Of a stretch of 64,000 bases of DNA, positions 57,980 to 64,000 are shown piece by piece; positions within the stretch are counted from its first letter, which is position 1, and every line of letters begins with the position of its first letter. The notes beneath the pieces were generated by a model, which did no database searches, was not told the origin of the DNA, and saw only the letters and a list, made by a program, of their open reading frames with translations. The translations under genes and the position numbers were made by a program. This stretch comes from a phage. The DNA is taken from the NCBI GenBank assembly GCA_012112355.1, contig GCA_012112355.1_3028.1. One strand, written 5' to 3'.

Positions 57980-59181
57980 TATTTTGTAATAATGTCAAAT
58001 TGCTCTTTAAAGCAGAAGCTTGAATCTTGATGCTGATACAAAAATTCATACGCTTTTTCTCGCTCACGGTCATAAAGAGCTCGGTCAGATGACAGTTCTT
58101 TAATACGCTCGAATGTTGATTCCATATCATTTTCATCAAACCAAACGATACCGCTATCATGCGAAATTAGCGGAGTATTATCAACACGGAATTTTAAATT
58201 TTCGCCAGTAGATTTCCAAAATACCGGAATTGTTCCACATGCACCAAGCTCGAGATGAGTATATTCTAAAGAGCGCTGTAGATATTTTTTATCCAACTTA
58301 CTCAACTGATAACCAAATCCGGATTTACTCATACGTTCAAGCATTTCGCTATTTACATAACGGTCAAGAATTTGCGTTGGCAAATTAGGAGCAATTTTAA
58401 TTTGGTCTACTTGATGAAGACGATAATACTCGTATGGAATTCCTTTTTCTTTAATAGGAATGAACGCTGGAGAACGTTCCAGACCTTCCATAATAGTACT
58501 TAGTCCTGCAGGTTTAAGATGTTTTTCATGAAAATCAAACATCTGATAAAAACCTTTCCATGTAGTCGTACGACCAATCCAACGGTTGATATTCATGTTA
58601 ATTTCAGAAACATCTTTCCAGTAAGTTGACCGAACCTTCGCAATATCCATAGGAGGCTGAAAGTTATATACTGTCGGTGCTTCTTCAATATCATCAAACA
58701 GAGAAACAGTTTCTGGATACCATTCTTTCATCAGAACTTTATTAAAATCACCATTATCAGAATGGCTAAAAATAACATCAGCTCGACGAACAGTTTCTTC
58801 TAATCCCAAATTTCGACGCAAAGAAAGAGAAGAATGGTCATGCTGATAAACTACAACACGAACCGAAGGTTTAATGTTATCAATAATTTTTTTATAGTTA
58901 TTAATAGTGTCTTCTTCAACCGAAGTAGCAGGAACTGAATTGATAATTAGAATATCACAATCATTTACCAGCTTAAGTGTTTTATCATATTCTTTTGCCA
59001 ATAAAACCGGAATTGAAAATGATTTATAATCATGCGCGCAATTACGAGTAAATGATTTATCTTTAGCATAAACCAAAGTCACTTCATGACCATTTTTAAT
59101 AAACCAATCACGTTGCTCGAGTGAGAATTTTGTTACACCACAACCTTCAAGACCTCGAGCCATAAAAATACATACTTTCAT
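57979..59181 (-). CDS. a-gt: DNA alpha-glucosyltransferase
   Basis: 400 aa as T4 alpha-gt; MKVCIFMARGLEGCGVTKFSLEQRDWFIKNGHEVTLVYAKDKSF. Confidence 0.85.
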   Translation of the reverse strand: MKVCIFMARGLEGCGVTKFSLEQRDWFIKNGHEVTLVYAKDKSFTRNCAHDYKSFSIPVLLAKEYDKTLKLVNDCDILIINSVPATSVEEDTINNYKKIIDNIKPSVRVVVYQHDHSSLSLRRNLGLEETVRRADVIFSHSDNGDFNKVLMKEWYPETVSLFDDIEEAPTVYNFQPPMDIAKVRSTYWKDVSEINMNINRWIGRTTTWKGFYQMFDFHEKHLKPAGLSTIMEGLERSPAFIPIKEKGIPYEYYRLHQVDQIKIAPNLPTQILDRYVNSEMLERMSKSGFGYQLSKLDKKYLQRSLEYTHLELGACGTIPVFWKSTGENLKFRVDNTPLISHDSGIVWFDENDMESTFERIKELSSDRALYDREREKAYEFLYQHQDSSFCFKEQFDIITK

Positions 59182-59205
59182 TTAATATCCTCTTTGTTTT
59201 GGTTT

Positions 59206-59230
59206 ATTTTACCAAAAATTTATAAAGCAA
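59206..59230 (-). promoter_or_regulatory. middle promoter upstream of a-gt: MotA box TTGCTTTA, 11 nt, TAAAAT
   Basis: Minus-strand sense tatTGCTTTAtaaatttttggTAAAAT about 25 nt upstream of the a-gt ATG. Confidence 0.4.
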
Positions 59231-59232
59231 TA

Positions 59233-59250
59233 TAGGAGCCGAAGCTCCTA
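59233..59250 (-). terminator. hairpin (taggagc-cgaa-gctccta)
   Basis: GCCGAAGC-type stem-loop upstream of the a-gt promoter. Confidence 0.4.
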
Positions 59251-59421
59251 TCCGCATAATACGCCATACAGAGGCTCGTTAGAACTTTTAAATTTTATGC
59301 GCTTATATTTTATAGTTCCTTCTGCTTTAGCTTTATCATGAGACTCTTTAAAGCGTCTCATCATTTCCTCTTTAGAGGAACGAATTTTATTATAATCTAT
59401 TTCAGAAGTCTGGGTGTTCAT
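59248..59421 (-). CDS. hypothetical small basic protein (~57 aa), below track cutoff
   Basis: Manual translation MNTQTSEIDYNKIRSSKEEMMRRFKESHDKAKAEGTIKYKRIKFKSSNEPLYGVLCG; coordinates approximate. Confidence 0.3.
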   Translation of the reverse strand: MNTQTSEIDYNKIRSSKEEMMRRFKESHDKAKAEGTIKYKRIKFKSSNEPLYGVLCG

Positions 59422-59424
59422 CTT

Positions 59425-59631
59425 TCATAACTGCCACCATTTTTTGACTTGATAAGAATCAACCCACACTTTCATGTTAGGGTCTGCTCTTACAATAGGA
59501 GGATTAACTTCTTTAATTGAACTATCATGGTATTCTTTTTCAGAAATTTTCACACAAAGATGACCATTCAAAGATTCAGTAAATCCTGCATTAATTTTAA
59601 GACGCTTGAATTTTACGTGTGTAAGCATCAA
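59425..59631 (-). CDS. hypothetical protein
   Basis: 68-aa ORF. Confidence 0.4.
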   Translation of the reverse strand: MMLTHVKFKRLKINAGFTESLNGHLCVKISEKEYHDSSIKEVNPPIVRADPNMKVWVDSYQVKKWWQL

Positions 59632-59914
59632 TCATATCCTCAATTTGCGATCTAGTAGTCTTCCAAAGAATACTGATGAGTTCATCGTTATATGGCTGTT
59701 TTAGAATATCCCGACTTTTCTTGATAGCATATTCGTATTGAGCAAAATTATTGTTTTCAGCTGCGATCTGAGCGTGCTTATAAAGACGATTCAGTTCGCG
59801 TTTGTTTTTAGACAATAACTTATTTGCTTTTCTTTCTGCTTCAAGACGGTTCTTTTCTTCAATAGAAGAAATAAGCTTTTCCACTTCATCATTAATTTCG
59901 GGTTTATCAGTCAT
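59597..59914 (-). CDS. hypothetical protein
   Basis: 105-aa ORF. Confidence 0.45.
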   Translation of the reverse strand: MTDKPEINDEVEKLISSIEEKNRLEAERKANKLLSKNKRELNRLYKHAQIAAENNNFAQYEYAIKKSRDILKQPYNDELISILWKTTRSQIEDMIDAYTRKIQAS

Positions 59915-59915
59915 A

Positions 59916-60134
59916 TTATTTCTCTAATATAAAATAAAAATCATCATCTGTTAAATGATACCGATAGTTTAATTCTACACCATTAGATTTAAAAGCGGTA
60001 TCATACGGATTTTCTGGATCAATATCAATGTCAAGAGCTAAAACTTCCCTAAGATACATTTTAAGTAAATAGGGAATAGCTTCAACTTCAGGTATTTCTT
60101 CCAAGAATCCGGAGAGGTTAATCGTTAGCCTCAT
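59916..60134 (-). CDS. hypothetical protein (55.1-like position)
   Basis: 72-aa ORF immediately downstream of gene 55. Confidence 0.45.
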
Positions 60135-60675
60135 ATAAAAAATCCAAACTAGGAGAATCGTCTACAACACTTTTCTTTTCAGCCCCCGGTGTTCTATAGG
60201 TTGATTCTTCGTAATGCGTCATTTTATCGTAGATGTCTTGAATAAAAGTTTCATCTACTAACGCAACCATATCGTCGTCACGACTGTCATAGACATTGTG
60301 AACGAAGTAACTATATTTCTTTGCAACTTCCTTACGTTCTTTTTTAATACGCTGGACGAATGCATTAAAACAAGCTTGAGTTATATACGCATGTGGGTTT
60401 TTATATTTCGTTTCATCAAAATTATGAAGCCCCTTAATAGAAGCTTCTATACCATCTGCAATCATTTCTTGTTTCCAAGACTGGGTGTATCCTGAAAAGT
60501 TGAAACGTTTAGATAAGCCTTCTGCAATAAGCATAATGGCTAATCCAATAGTATCATTTTGACGAACTACTTTATTTGGGTCTTTATTATTTGCTAATTC
60601 TGTTTTCCAATCAATAATAGCTTGTAAAAGCTCTTTATTGTTTACGTAATTATATTTAGGCTTAGTTTCTGACAT
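60118..60675 (-). CDS. 55: late-promoter sigma factor gp55
   Basis: Track ORF 60118..60681; from the internal Met ([44 protein letters not shown]) 185 aa as T4 gp55. Confidence 0.9.
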
Positions 60676-60753
60676 TTTCACCTCTTAGCTCAATTCATAG
60701 ATCTATTATATCATAATATTTGAAGATCTATCTTAAAGCATAGAGGATATCAG

Positions 60754-61023
60754 TTATCTAAGTAAACAGTATGCTTGGAATACTTTTTCCATCATCTTTT
60801 TAAATTCATGAATATCTATATAATGACTAGTTAAATCAGCATGATATAAAAAGTCTAAAAACTTTTCATGTGTACTAACATATTCGCTTTCATTTAATTC
60901 AGAAACATGGCTTTCCCAATATCCAACACCAGTCTTATTTGGGAAAAATGAAATTTTCATGTATTGGTCAACATAGAAAATGCCATAATTTTCAATAGTA
61001 ATAGAAATATTAATAAATTTCAT
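60754..61023 (-). CDS. hypothetical protein
   Basis: 89-aa ORF upstream of gene 55. Confidence 0.45.
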   Translation of the reverse strand: MKFINISITIENYGIFYVDQYMKISFFPNKTGVGYWESHVSELNESEYVSTHEKFLDFLYHADLTSHYIDIHEFKKMMEKVFQAYCLLR

Positions 61024-61235
61024 ACATTCATCAACTTAGCCGCTTCAAGAGCTGCATCTAGTGAATCAAATTGGTCAACATATTCAATCAATTCGCCATA
61101 ATTGGCATATAACCACCATTGGCTAAATTCATACTCAAAGATGAATCCATTTCCTTCAATTTGAGTTAAACCATTGCCGTTTGTATTTACTTCATATCCG
61201 GCAAGACGCAAATCGTTAATAAGAGCTTCGTTCAT
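61020..61235 (-). CDS. hypothetical small acidic protein
   Basis: 71-aa ORF with stop/start overlap. Confidence 0.45.
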   Translation of the reverse strand: MNEALINDLRLAGYEVNTNGNGLTQIEGNGFIFEYEFSQWWLYANYGELIEYVDQFDSLDAALEAAKLMNV

Positions 61236-61237
61236 AA

Positions 61238-61564
61238 TTATACCTTAGTAATTTTCAGGTCTGCAAATTTTTTCTTGCGTTGATTTTTCATGCGACGAAT
61301 AGTTTTATCGGAAATTTCATGCTTTTGATAAGCTTTAGATTCTACACCAAAAGCTTTAACATCAAATTCTGACAAGATATATTGAACCAGCAATTCACGG
61401 ACAGTATTGCGTCCAATCTTCTGATCATTCTGTTTCATCGTCTGATGAAGCTCTTTTTCCCATTTATCCAAAATTTGAGGAGTTACAATATCGCCTTTTT
61501 CTAGCAAAGAAATTACTTTATCATATGCGTAAGAATTAATGGCGTTTTTAATTTGAATAGTCAT
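61238..61564 (-). CDS. hypothetical protein
   Basis: 108-aa ORF. Confidence 0.45.
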   Translation of the reverse strand: MTIQIKNAINSYAYDKVISLLEKGDIVTPQILDKWEKELHQTMKQNDQKIGRNTVRELLVQYILSEFDVKAFGVESKAYQKHEISDKTIRRMKNQRKKKFADLKITKV

Positions 61565-61602
61565 ACATTATCCTCAATTACGTTAAAATTTTATTATCCA
61601 AA

Positions 61603-61618
61603 AAGGGCCGAAGCCCTT
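61603..61618 (-). terminator. hairpin (aagggc-cgaa-gccctt)
   Basis: GCCGAAGC stem-loop overlapping the stop of the 66-aa ORF. Confidence 0.4.
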
Positions 61619-61817
61619 AGCTAAACTTTTTGGCACCCTTCCAGCCTTCATACATCATTGCGGCTGATATTAATATTGCTCCTGAGCAACTTGAATATTT
61701 GTGATTCCAAAACCAGTTTAGAAAAACTTCATCATCAATACCTTGGGCTATCATATTTTCAAAGAACTGACGACGAGATTCGGCAATTCGTTGTGATAAT
61801 TTAGATTCAGGATTCAT
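61617..61817 (-). CDS. hypothetical small protein
   Basis: 66-aa ORF. Confidence 0.4.
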   Translation of the reverse strand: MNPESKLSQRIAESRRQFFENMIAQGIDDEVFLNWFWNHKYSSCSGAILISAAMMYEGWKGAKKFS

Positions 61818-62033
61818 TTAAATTTTCCAGTTACCATTTTCATCAATAAATTTAATCCAGTCATTTACTGACCACTTAGTTGTATCGCCTTTTGGAGTAA
61901 CATTTAAAGTGTATAACCCCTGCTTAAAAAGCATTCGTTTAATATTCATATTTTCCTCAGCTGTAACGATAACATTCGTTTGATTTGCGCTTAGCAACTC
62001 GTTGAGATGTATTATAATCAAAATCATCGTCAA
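61818..62033 (-). CDS. hypothetical small protein (start uncertain)
   Basis: 71-aa track ORF overlapping the next ORF by 77 nt; the true start may be the internal ATG near 61949. Confidence 0.3.
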   Translation of the reverse strand: MTMILIIIHLNELLSANQTNVIVTAEENMNIKRMLFKQGLYTLNVTPKGDTTKWSVNDWIKFIDENGNWKI

Positions 62034-62289
62034 TGTAAACTGATTTTTTCAACTTTCTTACTTCACCACGTAATTGGCGATTTAGCTCATCTTTAACTTC
62101 TGAATCAATACCTTTCATTCTACGCCATTTATCTGAGCGAAAAATGTTTTCAACCATATCTTTATGACTTACCCCATCAGGAGCTTTACGCTTTCCGAAA
62201 TAGTCATAATCACGCACTTTTAAGTCTTTACGACGATACGTTTTACCCATGGAGTTTAATTTCCTTAGCAACTGAACTAAATGCAGCAC
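61957..62289 (-). CDS. hypothetical basic protein
   Basis: 110-aa Lys/Arg-rich ORF. Confidence 0.4.
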   Translation of the reverse strand: MLHLVQLLRKLNSMGKTYRRKDLKVRDYDYFGKRKAPDGVSHKDMVENIFRSDKWRRMKGIDSEVKDELNRQLRGEVRKLKKSVYIDDDFDYNTSQRVAKRKSNECYRYS

Positions 62290-62425
62290 GATCGCAAATC
62301 ATGCGTTTATGTAACTTGAGTATAATATAGCAAACTTCAAAACTATTTACATGAGTAACACGAACAGCATTACCATTAATGAGATAATACTGTCCCTTTT
62401 TAATTTCTTTATCAACCACAACCAT
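62243..62425 (-). CDS. hypothetical small protein
   Basis: 60-aa ORF with an early-type promoter upstream. Confidence 0.4.
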   Translation of the reverse strand: MVVVDKEIKKGQYYLINGNAVRVTHVNSFEVCYIILKLHKRMICDRAAFSSVAKEIKLHG

Positions 62426-62455
62426 ATCAATTCCTCAAAGGTAATTCATGTGTTA

Positions 62456-62485
62456 ATAATACCACAGTTTGAGCTCGTTGTAAAC
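62456..62485 (-). promoter_or_regulatory. T4-type early promoter (GTTTAC, 18 nt, TGTGG-TATTAT)
   Basis: Minus-strand sense GTTTAC-aacgagctcaaactgtgg-TATTAT. Confidence 0.45.
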
Positions 62486-62583
62486 AACTTTGTGAAAATT
62501 ATTTTAGGGAATGATAAGAAGGGAACGATAGCTTAGAATGGTAATATACAGAATGTAAGAAAGAAAGGCCCAGAGGGCCCGTC

Positions 62584-62892
62584 TCAGTCTTCTATGATAT
62601 CTCTATCATATCCAAGTGAAATGAGAGTTTCTTTGAAGTGTTTAATGTTCTTTTGTCTAGAATCATTAATGAAAATGACTGGATAACGAATGTTAAGAGA
62701 TGTGAATCCAGCGCGTTTAGCAAGAGATACAATCAGCGGACGATCATACTCAATCTTACCATTATTTGTAAGAACTTTATAGAAAGTAAAAGGAGCATTG
62801 AGCTCCTTTAGAAGTTTTGTAACTGATTGACATCCAGGACAACGACCTACTTCATCTGGAATTCCATAGACTTCAATCTTGTTTTGTTTCAC
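62584..62892 (-). CDS. nrdH: glutaredoxin/thioredoxin-like redoxin NrdH
   Basis: 102 aa; CPGC redox motif; located next to nrdG/nrdD as in T4. Confidence 0.7.
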   Translation of the reverse strand: MKQNKIEVYGIPDEVGRCPGCQSVTKLLKELNAPFTFYKVLTNNGKIEYDRPLIVSLAKRAGFTSLNIRYPVIFINDSRQKNIKHFKETLISLGYDRDIIED

Positions 62893-62894
62893 AA

Positions 62895-63107
62895 CTATTC
62901 CTTACTAAGAGCAGCATTCAGCTTGTTAGTAATTTTATCTAGACGCTTATTGAACTCGCTAGAAGATAAGCCCTTTTCTGGAGAAATCAAACTAATCACG
63001 AAAAATATAGCAATAAAAGGAATAAGGAAAATAGCTCCAACTGCCATAAACAGAAAGAATGTTACAGTTGTAAGAAAATCAGCTAAACCTTTACGAAATT
63101 TATACAT
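62895..63107 (-). CDS. hypothetical small membrane protein
   Basis: 70 aa; long hydrophobic stretch TVTFFLFMAVGAIFLIPFIAIFFVISLI. Confidence 0.45.
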   Translation of the reverse strand: MYKFRKGLADFLTTVTFFLFMAVGAIFLIPFIAIFFVISLISPEKGLSSSEFNKRLDKITNKLNAALSKE

Positions 63108-63222
63108 ATTTTACCCTTAATTGATTAACCAAGCATTGATAAGCACTAAACTATATTGCGAATAAAATTCTGGACCAAAATGAAAAATCATATCATTTAT
63201 AGTATCCATAATGTAATTCAAT

Positions 63223-63693
63223 TTAATCATGTGTCCACACCCCATCGGTATTTGACCAAAGTCGCTGATTATCTGATCCTCGCCACAGCTTTTTGGTCGG
63301 AAGATTTTTCTCATACTTCCCATCAATAATAACATCAACATATTTAAGCATTTCTAGTTGTTTAATATCTTCAAACTTATATCCTGTCCACAACCAAATG
63401 CTTTTACTGGGATAAAGATTTTTTACTGTTTGAACGATGCAATGAATAACATCTCGGTTATCAGGATAGAGAGGGTCTCCTCCAGTTATAGTTAATCCTT
63501 CTATATAATCATTATTCAAACATTCAATTAATTGTTCTAGTGTTTCACCAGTGAATGGAATACCATTTCTAGCATTCCATGTTGATTTATTATAACACCC
63601 TTCACATTTATGCAAACAACCTGTAACGAAAAGAACGACCCTGCAACCAGGGCCATTCACAAAATCGCAAGGATAAAATCTATCATAATTCAT
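63223..63693 (-). CDS. nrdG: anaerobic ribonucleotide reductase activating protein NrdG (radical SAM)
   Basis: 156 aa as T4 NrdG; CLHKCEGC cluster motif. Confidence 0.9.
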   Translation of the reverse strand: MNYDRFYPCDFVNGPGCRVVLFVTGCLHKCEGCYNKSTWNARNGIPFTGETLEQLIECLNNDYIEGLTITGGDPLYPDNRDVIHCIVQTVKNLYPSKSIWLWTGYKFEDIKQLEMLKYVDVIIDGKYEKNLPTKKLWRGSDNQRLWSNTDGVWTHD

Positions 63694-64000
63694 TGGTGTT
63701 TAACCCTATGCATGATTTCTTTATTTTTACCGAGATTAAATCCGCGTTCGTTCGGATTTCCCAAATAACCACATGTTCTTCTTATTGTATTCATCTTTTT
63801 AGGATCAGTTTCTCCACAAATAGAACAAACAAATCCGTTTTCAGTAGGAGTCATTTCATGGGTGCTTCCGCATGTAAAACATTTATCTACTGGCATGTTA
63901 ACACCAAAATAATCTAAATGTTGTGCAGCATAATCCCACACGGCCTCAAGACCTTTTAAGTTATTTTTCATATCAGGAAGTTCAACATAAGAAATGTGAC
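63690..64000 (-). CDS. nrdD: anaerobic ribonucleoside-triphosphate reductase NrdD, C-terminal part; 5' end beyond the window
   Basis: C-terminus contains the Cys zinc ribbon (CFTCGS...CSICGE) and glycyl-radical motif RRTCGYLG. The track ORF start at 63971 is an internal Met. Confidence 0.85.
   Translation of the reverse strand, partial: HISYVELPDMKNNLKGLEAVWDYAAQHLDYFGVNMPVDKCFTCGSTHEMTPTENGFVCSICGETDPKKMNTIRRTCGYLGNPNERGFNLGKNKEIMHRVKHQ

Noticed and set aside
62566-62585. Possible hairpin downstream of nrdH (ggcccagagggccc)
   Set aside because: Stem pairing is imperfect on inspection (short stem, 3-nt loop); not reported as a terminator.
63117-63341. 74-aa minus-strand ORF overlapping the 3' end of nrdG
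   Set aside because: Overlaps nrdG by ~120 nt in another frame; more likely frame noise, though a short downstream gene with an internal start cannot be excluded.
63693-63971. Track start (Met at 63971) of the last minus-strand ORF, and antisense ORF 63693..63917
   Set aside because: The Met is internal to nrdD, which continues past the window end; the plus-strand ORF is antisense to nrdD.

Overview
This window reads as one contiguous ~64 kb stretch of a T-even (T4-like, Tequatrovirus-type) myovirus genome. All protein names are from my recall of T4 proteins (N-terminal sequence, length, gene order); no database search was run. Coordinates I derived by hand (small ORFs, promoters, hairpins) may be off by 1-2 nt. 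Layout: the 5' part of gene 32 and genes 59-33-dsbA-rnh on the minus strand; the late long-tail-fibre block 34-35-36-37-38 and holin t on the plus strand; then a long minus-strand early/middle region: asiA, arn, motA, 52, ac, stp, ndd, denB, rIIB, rIIA, fused topoisomerase 39, dexA, dda, srd, modA, modB, soc, 56, 61, sp, dmd, 41, 40, uvsX, a glucosyltransferase, 42, imm, 43, regA, 62, 44, 45, rpbA, 46, 47, a-gt, 55, nrdH, nrdG and the 3' end of nrdD. Several traits are T2/T6-like rather than T4-like: gp37 carries a C-terminal chaperone-like domain and is followed by a glycine-rich gp38 adhesin, gene 39 is a single 606-codon ORF, and a 282-aa enzyme sits where T4 has beta-gt. I found no rRNA, tRNA, CRISPR array, integrase or transposon, and no clearly foreign inserted defence system. 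The most interesting material is in the small-gene islands between the replication genes: known anti-defence genes, several ORFs below the track cutoff (including stp and ac), tandem paralog sets, and a 49-bp direct repeat that gives two adjacent genes an identical C-terminus.
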